A stretch of 64,000 bases of DNA from assembly GCA_963724765.1 (NCBI GenBank), contig CAVRVY010000003.1, forward strand, positions 1,248,001 to 1,312,000, in the 5' to 3' direction. The stretch comes from an uncultured delta proteobacterium (lineage in GTDB: Bacteria > Desulfobacterota > Binatia > Binatales > Binataceae). This document shows, piece after piece, positions 13,443 through 22,491 of this stretch. A program made the position numbers and the translations under genes. The notes under the pieces are model-generated. The model had not been told where the DNA came from and ran no database searches. It saw only the letters and a program-made list of their open reading frames with translations. Each line of letters begins with the position of its first letter. The first letter of the stretch is position 1.

Positions 13443-15093
13443 CGCACCGAAGGTCAATGCTCCTAGCGCTCCCAAGACCGTGAAGCTCACGGTCGACGGG
13501 CGTGGGATCGAGGCGCCCGAAGGCACTGCGCTTTTGCAAGCGATGCTCGACGCGGGCCTCGACCTTCCGCACTACTGCTACCATCCCAAGCTCAGCATCG
13601 ACGGCAGTTGCCGCCTTTGCCAGGTGAAGATCGAAGGGATGCCGAAGCTGCAGATCTCGTGCAATACGCAAGTGCGCGACGGGATGGTCGTGCATACTGC
13701 TGACCCGGACGTCGCAATGGCGCGCCGCGGCGTACTCGAGATGCTTCTGCTCAACCATCCCCTGGACTGTCCGATCTGCGACAAGGCCGGAGAGTGCTGG
13801 CTGCAGAACTACGCGATGCGTTTTGGCAGCCGCCATGCGCGCACGCTCGAGCCGCGGCGCAAGCATCAGAAGCGCGTGGACATCGGCGAGCGCATGCTGC
13901 TCGACCAGGAACGATGCATCCTGTGCCGGCGCTGCGTGCGCTTTTGCCGTGAAATCAGCAAGACCGGCGAGCTCGTGATTTTCAACCTGGGCGATCGCTC
14001 GGTGCTCGATGTCTACGACCGCCGCCTCGACAATGACTACTCCATCTGCACCGCCGACATCTGCCCGGTCGGCGCGCTCGAAAGCAAGGACTTCCATCAT
14101 CGGATCCGCGTGTGGTTTCTCCAGGAGACCGCGAGCGTTTGCCCCGGATGTTCCAACGGTTGCAACATCATGATCTCGGAGTATCGCAATAGCATCTGGC
14201 GGCTGATTCCGCGCCGTAACGACGCGGTCAACGACACCTGGATGTGCGACCAAGGGCGTTTGGACTACAAGTTCGTCGACGCTCCCGAGCGCCTGCGCGC
14301 GCCGATGGTCGCACAGAGCGGCGTCCTTACTCAGACGACATGGCAGGAGGCGCTCGCGCGCGCCACCGCGGCGATCGCCGCGCTCAAGGCGCGCCACGGC
14401 GACGGTGCGATGGGCGCGGTCGTCTCGCCTCATCTTACCAACGAGGAAAATTTCTGCTTCGGCGAGTTGATGCGCGCGGCCGGCGCGGGCAAGGCCGCGA
14501 TGGCGGTGCGACGCGGCGCCGCCGACGACTTTCTGATCAAGGCCGAGAAGGCGCCAAACGCGCGTGGCGTGCGCGAGCTAGGATTGGTGAGCGGCGACGA
14601 CGACGGGCTCGGCGAGCTGCTGCGCGCCGCGGAGGCGGGCGAGCTCAAGGGACTCTATCTTTGCGGTCATGATCCGACCGATCTGTTCGACCTGCTCGAC
14701 GCGCTTGTGCCCGGGCGTCTGGAAGCAATTCTGGGGCGGCTCGAACTGCTGATCGTACAGACGCTGAGGCTCGACCAACGTCTGGGCGCCGCGACCGTCG
14801 TGTTTCCCACCACGACCTTCGCCGAGAAGGATGGCTCGTTCATCAATCACGCCGGGCGCGTGCAGCGCATCTTCAAGGCGATCGAAACGGCGCCGGGCTG
14901 GCTCAGCGACGGCGAGGTCTTTACGCGCCTGCTCAACGCGATCGATGGCGGTGAGCGCCGTTTTGACCCCGAGGCGATGTGGGAGCCGCTGGGACGCGCG
15001 CATCCGCGCTTCGCCGGGATTTCGCTGGAGGCCCTCGGGGCCAGTGGCGCGATGCTCGACGGGGTGGACGCGCAAGGCGCGGACCGCCGTTGA
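13417..15093 (+). CDS. nuoG: NADH-quinone oxidoreductase subunit G (short form)
   Basis: CYHPKLSIDGSCRLC, HPLDCPICDKAGEC, RCILCRRCVRFC, DICPVGAL, CPGCSNGC; C-terminal FAEKDGSFINHAGRVQR. Confidence 0.92.
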   Translation: MAADASSTNAPKVNAPSAPKTVKLTVDGRGIEAPEGTALLQAMLDAGLDLPHYCYHPKLSIDGSCRLCQVKIEGMPKLQISCNTQVRDGMVVHTADPDVAMARRGVLEMLLLNHPLDCPICDKAGECWLQNYAMRFGSRHARTLEPRRKHQKRVDIGERMLLDQERCILCRRCVRFCREISKTGELVIFNLGDRSVLDVYDRRLDNDYSICTADICPVGALESKDFHHRIRVWFLQETASVCPGCSNGCNIMISEYRNSIWRLIPRRNDAVNDTWMCDQGRLDYKFVDAPERLRAPMVAQSGVLTQTTWQEALARATAAIAALKARHGDGAMGAVVSPHLTNEENFCFGELMRAAGAGKAAMAVRRGAADDFLIKAEKAPNARGVRELGLVSGDDDGLGELLRAAEAGELKGLYLCGHDPTDLFDLLDALVPGRLEAILGRLELLIVQTLRLDQRLGAATVVFPTTTFAEKDGSFINHAGRVQRIFKAIETAPGWLSDGEVFTRLLNAIDGGERRFDPEAMWEPLGRAHPRFAGISLEALGASGAMLDGVDAQGADRR

Positions 15094-15183
15094 ATCGCTT
15101 GCCGTTGAGCGATCAATTGAAGCACTCTGTGGTTGCGAACCGTCATCGCCCGCCGGCACAAAGCCGCAGGGGAGCAAAAAATT

Positions 15184-16581
15184 ATGGCGACCGCAGCGGT
15201 TTTGGAACCGGGTGGCCTCAAGGGCTACCTCGCGACTCATCGCACGCTGGAAACCTATCCGGTCGGCGCGCATCGCTGGGCGATGCTGATGCTCACCGTG
15301 CTCGCCACGATCGTTTCCTTTTACGAATTCCAGTTCGCGCCGCTGCTGCCGCTGTGGATTCCGACGCTGCACTTCAGCCTGGAAAACTTCACCCTGTTTC
15401 TGCTGTTCGCGGTGCTGCTCTCCGGCGGGTCGGCGATGATTGGCGGGCCGCTTGCCGATCGCCATGGCCGCATCATCGTCATCGACGTGTGTCTCGCGAT
15501 CATCATCGTATTGACCTTTGCCAATCTGCTGATGACCGGGTTCTGGTCGTTCGTGGTCATCCGCGGCGCGATGAATCTCACGGCGGGGCTGATGTGGGGC
15601 GCGCTCGGCGGACTCACCCGCGATATGTCGCCGCGCGTTAGCCGCGGCGCAGCCTTCGGTTTGCTCACGGTCGGAGCGGTCGGCTGCATTTTCCTGTGGA
15701 ACTTCATCAGCGGCGAGACCCTGCCCATTTTCGGCACCTGGCAATCGCAGATCTGGATAATGGGGTTGCTGTCGATCCTGATGTACATCCCGGTGCTGCT
15801 GTGGCTTAAAGATCTTCATCCGACCCTGCGCCTGACCATCGTCGAGAGCGAAACCACGGTGGCCGCCGCTCCCGCCGAGCACATGCGCGCGGCAGCGATG
15901 GAAGTTCCGGCGAGCAGCGGCGCGGCCTTCAAGGAGTTGCTCAGCCGCTGGGAGGTGTGGGTCCTGGTGATCGGATGCGTGGGCTTCCTGACTCTGCCGA
16001 TCACCAGCCAGACATTTTTCCCGGTGATGTTCAACCGGGCGTTCCATTACACTCCGGCCGAGGCGGCCAAGATGGCGTCGTACTTCTGGCTGCTCAACCT
16101 GTTCATGCTGGTGCCGGCCGGATTGCTCTCGGACAAGCTGCGGGTGCGTAAGCCCCTGGTGTTGATCGGCATCGTCGCCGCTTTGGCAGTGCTGATCTGG
16201 TGGATCGGAACGTTTTCCAATCCATTGCCGCCGTTCCGGCTGGGCGCGGTGATGTTCCTGCTCGGTGGGCTGGTTGCTTTTGCCTTCATCCCATGGTGCG
16301 CGCAATATTCGGAACTGCTCGAGGACATCTCGCCCGCGCTGCAGGCGAGCGGATGGTCGTTTTTCCAGTTAATCTATCGCGGCTGGATAGCGATCTCGGG
16401 TCCGCTGGTCGCTTATGTTTCGATCCATTACGGATGGGCCGCATGGATGTGGGTGGCCGTCGCGGGCATGGTGATGCTTATTCCCGCGATGCTCGCGGTG
16501 CGCGGCGGATGGGTGCCGGCCAAGGCTGGGCCGGGCGTGGGCGAGCATCCGGCGACCACGGCGCGGCCGTCGCCGGCCTAG
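15184..16581 (+). CDS. MFS transporter
   Basis: About 12 hydrophobic segments, motif A GPLADRHGR and GLLSDKLRVRK; GGGGAG RBS before ATG 15184. Confidence 0.9.
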   Translation: MATAAVLEPGGLKGYLATHRTLETYPVGAHRWAMLMLTVLATIVSFYEFQFAPLLPLWIPTLHFSLENFTLFLLFAVLLSGGSAMIGGPLADRHGRIIVIDVCLAIIIVLTFANLLMTGFWSFVVIRGAMNLTAGLMWGALGGLTRDMSPRVSRGAAFGLLTVGAVGCIFLWNFISGETLPIFGTWQSQIWIMGLLSILMYIPVLLWLKDLHPTLRLTIVESETTVAAAPAEHMRAAAMEVPASSGAAFKELLSRWEVWVLVIGCVGFLTLPITSQTFFPVMFNRAFHYTPAEAAKMASYFWLLNLFMLVPAGLLSDKLRVRKPLVLIGIVAALAVLIWWIGTFSNPLPPFRLGAVMFLLGGLVAFAFIPWCAQYSELLEDISPALQASGWSFFQLIYRGWIAISGPLVAYVSIHYGWAAWMWVAVAGMVMLIPAMLAVRGGWVPAKAGPGVGEHPATTARPSPA

Positions 16582-16590
16582 GCTGATACT

Positions 16591-16734
16591 GCAAGATTTG
16601 ATTTCGGTCAAGATTGATCCGGCGAAGCTGATCCTGCAAAGTTGGTCGTGCAAAGTTGGTCCCGCGAAGTTGGGCCTGCGAAGTTGGGTCCTGCGAAGCT
16701 CATAGTGCGGAATTCGTAGTGGAAGATTGGTACT
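16591..16734. repeat. Degenerate 14-bp tandem repeat array (about 10 units, consensus GCRAAGYTGRTCCT)
   Basis: Units such as gcgaagctgatcct, gcaaagttggtcgt, gcaaagttggtccc, gcgaagttgggcct, gcgaagttgggtcct, gcgaagctcatagt, gcggaattcgtagt, ggaagattggtact fill the MFS-nuoI gap. Confidence 0.85.
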
Positions 16735-16756
16735 GCGGACAGGTGAAGCGACCCAG

Positions 16757-17290
16757 ATGGCGGTTGGAGTAGTAAAGGTCGCCCGGCCGGCGCCAAGCCT
16801 GGTCGGGCCGCACTCGTTGCGGGCTGTGCTGGTGGGTCTGTGGGTCGCCAGCGCTCATCTGCTGCGCAATCTCTTTGGTTTCATGCGCGGACGGCAGGAT
16901 TTCACCGTTTATTTTCCAGAGCAACGCTTCGTACAACCGCCGGCGATGCGCGGGATGCCGGTGCTGGTGCAGATGGAAAGCGGCAAGGAAAAATGCGTCG
17001 CGTGCGGGCTATGCGAATGGGCCTGTCCCACCACCTGCATCACGATCTTTCCCGCCGAGACCGCCGACGAGGTCGAGCGCTATCCCGAGATTTTCGACAT
17101 CGACATGTCGCGATGCATGTTTTGCGGGCTGTGCGAGGAGGCCTGCCCCGAAGAGGCGATCGTGATGAGCCGCGAAGTCGAAATCGCGAGCTACTCGCGC
17201 CGCGGCTCGCTCTGGCACAAGGCCGATTTGCTGGTGCCGCAGGATCGCCTCAAGACTCGAATCGATTTTCTGCGCGGCCACTACGAATAG
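16757..17290 (+). CDS. nuoI: NADH-quinone oxidoreductase subunit I
   Basis: KCVACGLCEWACP and RCMFCGLCEEACPEEAI 2x[4Fe-4S]; AGGTG RBS. Confidence 0.93.
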   Translation: MAVGVVKVARPAPSLVGPHSLRAVLVGLWVASAHLLRNLFGFMRGRQDFTVYFPEQRFVQPPAMRGMPVLVQMESGKEKCVACGLCEWACPTTCITIFPAETADEVERYPEIFDIDMSRCMFCGLCEEACPEEAIVMSREVEIASYSRRGSLWHKADLLVPQDRLKTRIDFLRGHYE

Positions 17291-17305
17291 GGCGAGAATA
17301 GTCCG

Positions 17306-17962
17306 ATGAGCGCCACCGAGGAACCAAAAACGCCGCCACCGCCGCCAGAGCCTTCCGCGCTCCTGCAAAAGGTGATCGCGCGGCTCGGCCCGCTGGTCGC
17401 CGAGCATCAGAGCTTTCGTGGCGACGACTGCATCCATGTGGCGCGCGAGAATATTGTCGAAGTGGCGCGCGCGCTGCGCGACTCGTCCGAGCTTGGCTTC
17501 GATCTGCTGCTCGACGTGACCTGCGTCGATTACTTCGGCCAGCCCGACGGATTCCACAACGCGCCCGAGACCTGGGATCGCAATCATAACCTGGTGCGCA
17601 AGCGCGCCGAGTGGCGCCATCGCGTGAATTTGCCCGCGCGCGGCGACGCGCCACGCTTCGCCGTGGTCTATCATCTGGTTTCCACCCGCCTGTTCCATCG
17701 CCTGCGCGTGAAGTGCCGGGTGCCCGAGGACGACCCGGCGATCGCAAGCCTCAGCGCGTTATGGTCGGGCGCAAACTGGCTCGAACGCGAAACGTTCGAC
17801 CTCTATGGCATCCGCTTCGACGGCCATCCGGACCTCCGCCGCATCTACCTCTACGACGAATTCGTCGGCCATCCGCTGCGTAAGGACTACGCCAAGCACG
17901 ACGAACAACCGATTCAGCCCTATGCCGGACCGGGAGCCAACGAACCGCGCCGTCCCCGCTAA
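17306..17962 (+). CDS. nuoC: NADH-quinone oxidoreductase subunit C
   Basis: LLDVTCVDY, RFAVVYHL, ANWLERETFDLYGIRFDGHPDLRRI, GHPLRKDY. Confidence 0.94.
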   Translation: MSATEEPKTPPPPPEPSALLQKVIARLGPLVAEHQSFRGDDCIHVARENIVEVARALRDSSELGFDLLLDVTCVDYFGQPDGFHNAPETWDRNHNLVRKRAEWRHRVNLPARGDAPRFAVVYHLVSTRLFHRLRVKCRVPEDDPAIASLSALWSGANWLERETFDLYGIRFDGHPDLRRIYLYDEFVGHPLRKDYAKHDEQPIQPYAGPGANEPRRPR

Positions 17963-19160
17963 CGCGCCGCTCGTCGATACGGCGCGCGATCTGCAAACGC
18001 CTTTGATGCGGATGCAGATGGGCCCGTCGCATCCGGCGACCCACGGCACGGTCAAGATGGTGCTCGACCTCGACGGCGAGCGGGTGGTCAAGGCCGACAT
18101 CCAGGTCGGCTATCTCCATCGCGGCTTCGAGAAGGAGTGCGAGACCGGCTACTACTACCAAAACATCCCGTACACCGACCGCCTGAACTACAGCTCGCCG
18201 ATGCTCAACAACGTCGGCTACTGTCTGGCGGTCGAGAAGCTGATGGACTTGAGCACGCCGCCGCGCTGCGATTTCATCCGCGTGATCGCGGGCGAAATCT
18301 CGCGCATGAGCGACCACTACCTGTGCCTGGGTGCGATGGCGCTTGAGCTGGCGGCGATGACGCCGTTTCTTTACCTGCTCGAGGCGCGCGAGTTGATGTG
18401 CGACTTGCTCGACGCGCTCTGCGGCGCGCGCGTCACCACCAACTACATCCGTATCGGCGGCGTCTCGGCCGATCTGCCCGAGGGTTTCGATCGCTTCGCC
18501 GTCGATCGGCTGGACCGCTCGCTCGTCTTGCTCAGCGACGCCGACAAGCTGCTTACGCAAAATCCGGTTTTTCGCGATCGCGTCGAAGGCACCGGCCATC
18601 TGGCGCCCGCAGCGCTGATCGCGCACGGAGTGACCGGTCCGCTCCTGCGCGCCGGCGGCGTGGCCTACGACGTGCGCCGCGTGCAGCCATATCTGGTGTA
18701 CGGAGAGTTGGATTTCGACGTTCCGGTTGGCGAGCATAGCGACAACTTCGATCGCTACCTGGTGCGCCTGGAGGAATTGCGCCAGAGCCGCCGCATGATC
18801 GCGCAATGCTTCGAGAAAATTCCCGCCGGCCCCGTCAACTCCGACGACCTCCGCGTGCGCTGGCCGCGCAAGGGCAAGGTGTTCGGCCGGATGGAAGAAT
18901 TGATCGACCAGTTCAAGCTGGTCACCGAGGGCGGCCTCGTCCCGCCGGGCGAGGTCTACCACGCGGTCGAGGGCGCCAACGGCGAACTCGGTTTCTATAT
19001 CGTGAGTGACGGCACCGGCAAGCCCTACAAATGCCGATGCCGCGCGCCGAGCTTTTCCAACATGTCGGCGCTGGAGAAGATGATCACCGGCGGGATGCTG
19101 GCTGACGTGGTGCCGACGTTCGACTTGATCAACATGATCGGCGGCGAGTGCGACCGCTAG
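17922..19160 (+). CDS. nuoD: NADH-quinone oxidoreductase subunit D
   Basis: GPSHPATHG, GYLHRGFEK, YTDRLNY, EGANGELG, C-terminal GECDR; no NiFe CxxC pairs; start approximate (overlaps nuoC). Confidence 0.93.
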   Translation: MPDREPTNRAVPANAPLVDTARDLQTPLMRMQMGPSHPATHGTVKMVLDLDGERVVKADIQVGYLHRGFEKECETGYYYQNIPYTDRLNYSSPMLNNVGYCLAVEKLMDLSTPPRCDFIRVIAGEISRMSDHYLCLGAMALELAAMTPFLYLLEARELMCDLLDALCGARVTTNYIRIGGVSADLPEGFDRFAVDRLDRSLVLLSDADKLLTQNPVFRDRVEGTGHLAPAALIAHGVTGPLLRAGGVAYDVRRVQPYLVYGELDFDVPVGEHSDNFDRYLVRLEELRQSRRMIAQCFEKIPAGPVNSDDLRVRWPRKGKVFGRMEELIDQFKLVTEGGLVPPGEVYHAVEGANGELGFYIVSDGTGKPYKCRCRAPSFSNMSALEKMITGGMLADVVPTFDLINMIGGECDR

Positions 19161-19201
19161 GGCGCTCGGCTGCCGCGACAACGGCTTGAGTATGAAACAC
19201 G

Positions 19202-20992
19202 ATGGGCCTGTCGGCTGAAACGCAAGAAAAGATCCGCGCCGAGCAGGCGCGCTTTCCCAATCCGCGCGGCGCGCTGCTGGCGGCAATCTATCTCGCCCGC
19301 GACGACCTGGGCGCGCTCGGTCCCGAGGCTTTCGCCGAGCTGGCGCCGCTCTTCGGGATGCGCCCCAACGAGGTCGCCGAGGTCGCATCGTTCTATTCGC
19401 TTTTCAACCTGCCCCGCGCGCAGGTGGTGATCCAGGTCTGCACCAATTTGCCGTGCTGCCTGCGTGGCGCGCGCGGCGTGGTGCGCGAGCTCGAGCGCCG
19501 GCTCGGTATCAAGTCGGGCACCGCGACGCCCGACGGCCGTTTCGCGATCGCGGAAGTCGAATGCCTGGGCTCGTGCGCGACCGCGCCGGTTATACAGGTG
19601 AACCGTAATCCGTACCTGGAAAACGTAACCTCGGAGTTCGTCGCGAGCCTGCTTGAAGCGCCCGAGGCGGCGCGTGCGGCGCGTCGCCCCGCGCCGATCA
19701 TCTCGCGCGTTCCCGACGGGGTCGACGGCTACCTGCTGCCGCGCGGCGATGAGAAGTGGCTCACGCTCGAGGAATACCGCGGGCACGGTGGTTTCGCGGC
19801 GGTGCCCAAGGCGGGCGCGATGGCGCCCAAGGACCTCGCCGCGCTGGTGAAGGACGCCAACCTGCGCGGGCGCGGCGGCGCGGGCTTCGTCACCGGCCTT
19901 AAGTGGACGTTCATGCCGCCGCGCGACGCGCGCCCGCGCTACCTCGCGGTCAACGCCGACGAGAGCGAGCCCGGCACCTTCAAGGACCGTCAGATCATGT
20001 CGCGCAATCCGTTCCTGCCGCTGGAGGGGATCATGATTGCCGCGATGGCGATGGAGTCCACGGCAGCCTTCATCTACATCCGTGGCGAATACGTCGACGA
20101 ATTTGCGGCGATGAGCGCGGCGATTCGCTCGCTCTACGAGGCCAAGATCCTCGGGGAGAATGCGCTCGGCCTCAAGCGCCGCTTCGACATCACCATCCAG
20201 CAGGGCGCCGGCGCGTATATCTGCGGCGAAGAAAGCGGGATGCTGGAATCAATGGAAGGGCGCAAGGGTCAGCCGCGCAAGCGCCCGCCCTTTCCAGCGC
20301 AGGCGGGACTGTGGAGCCAGCCAACCACGGTCGACAACGTCGAGACGCTCTCGCACGTGCCGACGATCGTGACGCGCGGCGCGCAATGGTTCCTGGACGA
20401 AGGGGTCAAGAATGCCGCCGGCCACACGCTGTTCGGGGTAAGCGGCCACGTCAACAATCCCGGGATTTTCGAGCTTCGGCTCGGCGTGAAGCTGCGCGAC
20501 CTCATCTATAAGTACGCCGGTGGCGTTATCGGCGGGCGGCCGATCAAGGCGGTGATCCCGGGCGGCGTTTCGATGCCGGTGTTGCGCGGCGATCAGATCG
20601 ACGTCGCGATGGATCACGAGTCGCTGCGCGCCGCCGGCACGCTTATCGGCACGGGCGGCGTGATCGTGATGGACGATCGCACCTGTATGGTGCGCACGGC
20701 GCTGGTGGTGGCGCGTTTTTTCGAGCACGAATCGTGCGGCCAGTGCACGCAGTGCCGCGAGGGCACCGGATGGACCTACAAGACGCTGCGCCGGATCGAA
20801 AGCGGCGCGGGCGAGCCGCAGGACCTCCAGACCCTGGCCGACACCTTCGATTTCATGGACGGCAAATGCATCTGCGCGCTCGCCGATGGCGCGTCGTGGG
20901 CCGCGCGCGCGTTTCTCAAGCAGTTCCGCGCCGACTTCGAGGCTCACATCGCGGAGCATCGATGCCCCTTCCCGGAGAGCTTCGAGGTATGA
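19202..20992 (+). CDS. nuoF: Fused NADH-quinone oxidoreductase subunits E and F
   Basis: N-terminal NuoE (CTNLPC...ECLGSC) continuous with NuoF (LRGRGGAGF, NADESEPGTFKDR, GAGAYICGEE, ESCGQCTQCREG). Confidence 0.93.
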   Translation: MGLSAETQEKIRAEQARFPNPRGALLAAIYLARDDLGALGPEAFAELAPLFGMRPNEVAEVASFYSLFNLPRAQVVIQVCTNLPCCLRGARGVVRELERRLGIKSGTATPDGRFAIAEVECLGSCATAPVIQVNRNPYLENVTSEFVASLLEAPEAARAARRPAPIISRVPDGVDGYLLPRGDEKWLTLEEYRGHGGFAAVPKAGAMAPKDLAALVKDANLRGRGGAGFVTGLKWTFMPPRDARPRYLAVNADESEPGTFKDRQIMSRNPFLPLEGIMIAAMAMESTAAFIYIRGEYVDEFAAMSAAIRSLYEAKILGENALGLKRRFDITIQQGAGAYICGEESGMLESMEGRKGQPRKRPPFPAQAGLWSQPTTVDNVETLSHVPTIVTRGAQWFLDEGVKNAAGHTLFGVSGHVNNPGIFELRLGVKLRDLIYKYAGGVIGGRPIKAVIPGGVSMPVLRGDQIDVAMDHESLRAAGTLIGTGGVIVMDDRTCMVRTALVVARFFEHESCGQCTQCREGTGWTYKTLRRIESGAGEPQDLQTLADTFDFMDGKCICALADGASWAARAFLKQFRADFEAHIAEHRCPFPESFEV

Positions 20993-21393
20993 ACGATCAC
21001 CGGCCGGCCCGCAACGCGATCGTCGCCATTCTCGGGACGCCCGACCGTACCGAGGGCAGCCTCGACGATCCGCGCGAGCGCGAAGAAGACGGCGTGCGCT
21101 TCAACGAGAAATGGATCTACGCGCATCTGCGCCGCGACCCCGCAGGCGCCGCGATGCGCGCGGTCTACTGGATGCGCTACGACTTTCGCGGTACCGCTGT
21201 GCGCAATAGCGATGCCGAACCGTGGCGGTCCGACGCGACGCTGGTCGAGGCTGCGGCGAAACGCGACGGCCGTCTTCCGCCGCTCGATCCGTCGCGCAAC
21301 CCGCCGCTAGCGCCGAGCACCGAGTATCGTCCGGTCTCTAATTTTACGGGCGTGTCCGACCTCGGCGGCGAAACCCAGGAAAAGAAATCCTGA
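20989..21393 (+). CDS. Hypothetical protein coupled to nuoEF
   Basis: ATGA overlap with nuoEF stop, GAGG RBS; 134 aa MNDHRPARNAIVAILGTPDRTEG...NEKWIY. Confidence 0.7.
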   Translation: MNDHRPARNAIVAILGTPDRTEGSLDDPREREEDGVRFNEKWIYAHLRRDPAGAAMRAVYWMRYDFRGTAVRNSDAEPWRSDATLVEAAAKRDGRLPPLDPSRNPPLAPSTEYRPVSNFTGVSDLGGETQEKKS

Positions 21394-21420
21394 CCCAAAC
21401 CCGCCGCGCGCAAGTCTCGG

Positions 21421-22356
21421 TCAGATGCCGAAGGCTTCGTGCAGTACGGCGGCCGCCTCCATAATCGACTGGCGGCCCTGGTCCAGAATCATCGCCATCC
21501 CGGTGAATCCATGCGTCACGCCCTCATAGCGCGTGCATTTGACCGCGACGCCCGAACGCTTGAGACGCGCCGCGTATTCCTCGGCTTCATCGCGCAGCGG
21601 ATCGCACTCGGCGGTGACAATCAGCCCCGGCGGCAAGCCGCTCAAGTCCTTGGCCACGCTGGGGCAGCAGTAGGGATTCGCGCGATCGCGCTCAGAGGAC
21701 AGATAGTGGTTCCAGAACCACTCCATGTCGGCTCGCGAGAGGAAGTAGTAGGCGCCGGTGGGGTAGTCGCGATGCGACGGCGTATCCATCGCGGGGTCGA
21801 TTGGCGGGTACCATAATATCTGGCAGGCGAGCCGCGGGCCGCGCCGGTCGCGCGCCATCATCGCAACCACGGTCGCCAGCGTGCCGCCGGCGCTGGCGCC
21901 GGCAACCGCAAGGCGCGAGGAGTCAGCGCCGATCGCCGGGGCCTTGTTCGCGGTCCATACGGTTGCCGCGTAGCAATCATCGGGGCTCGCGGGAAACCGA
22001 TGCTCCGGCGCGAGCCGGTAGTCGACCGACACCACCACGCATCGCGCGGCATTGGTCAGCAGCCGGCATATAACGTCGTGCGTGTTGAGATCGCCGGCCA
22101 CCCATCCGCCGCCATGAAAGAAAACCACCGCGGGCAGCGGCGCGTCCGCCGCCGGGCGGTAGATGCGAACGGGAATCTCGCCGGCGGGACCGGAGATACG
22201 CCGATCCTCGACGTGCGCAACGGGCTCTCGCGCGCCCTTCGCCGAGCCGCCGCGGATGGCCTCGCGCACTTTCTCCACGCTCAGCTCGTGAAACGCAGCG
22301 CCGCCAGCGGCCGCCGCCTTGTCGAGTATCGCCTTCATTTGCGGGTCCAGTGGCAT
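21421..22356 (-). CDS. HSL-family alpha/beta hydrolase (esterase/lipase)
   Basis: HGGGW, VDYRLAPEH, GASAGG nucleophile elbow, DPLRDE, HGF; start MPLDPQMK after GAGGGG. Confidence 0.92.
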   Translation of the reverse strand: MPLDPQMKAILDKAAAAGGAAFHELSVEKVREAIRGGSAKGAREPVAHVEDRRISGPAGEIPVRIYRPAADAPLPAVVFFHGGGWVAGDLNTHDVICRLLTNAARCVVVSVDYRLAPEHRFPASPDDCYAATVWTANKAPAIGADSSRLAVAGASAGGTLATVVAMMARDRRGPRLACQILWYPPIDPAMDTPSHRDYPTGAYYFLSRADMEWFWNHYLSSERDRANPYCCPSVAKDLSGLPPGLIVTAECDPLRDEAEEYAARLKRSGVAVKCTRYEGVTHGFTGMAMILDQGRQSIMEAAAVLHEAFGI

Positions 22357-22491
22357 GCGCGACTTCCCCTCCCCGATGCGGGCGTCCAAGCCGCGCGCGG
22401 CGAGCGCGCGGCGCGAAAGCAGTGTGGGGCCGTTGGGCGGCGCGCGTAGCACCGCGCAACGGACCCCACTGCTGCCACTGCTGGCGCGGCG

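Noticed and set aside
16591-16734. CRISPR array or pentapeptide-repeat gene
   Set aside because: No unique spacers or cas genes; period 14 is not in frame
17922-19160. Group 4 NiFe hydrogenase large subunit
   Set aside because: Lacks both CxxC Ni-binding motifs; has NuoD quinone-site His/Tyr motifs
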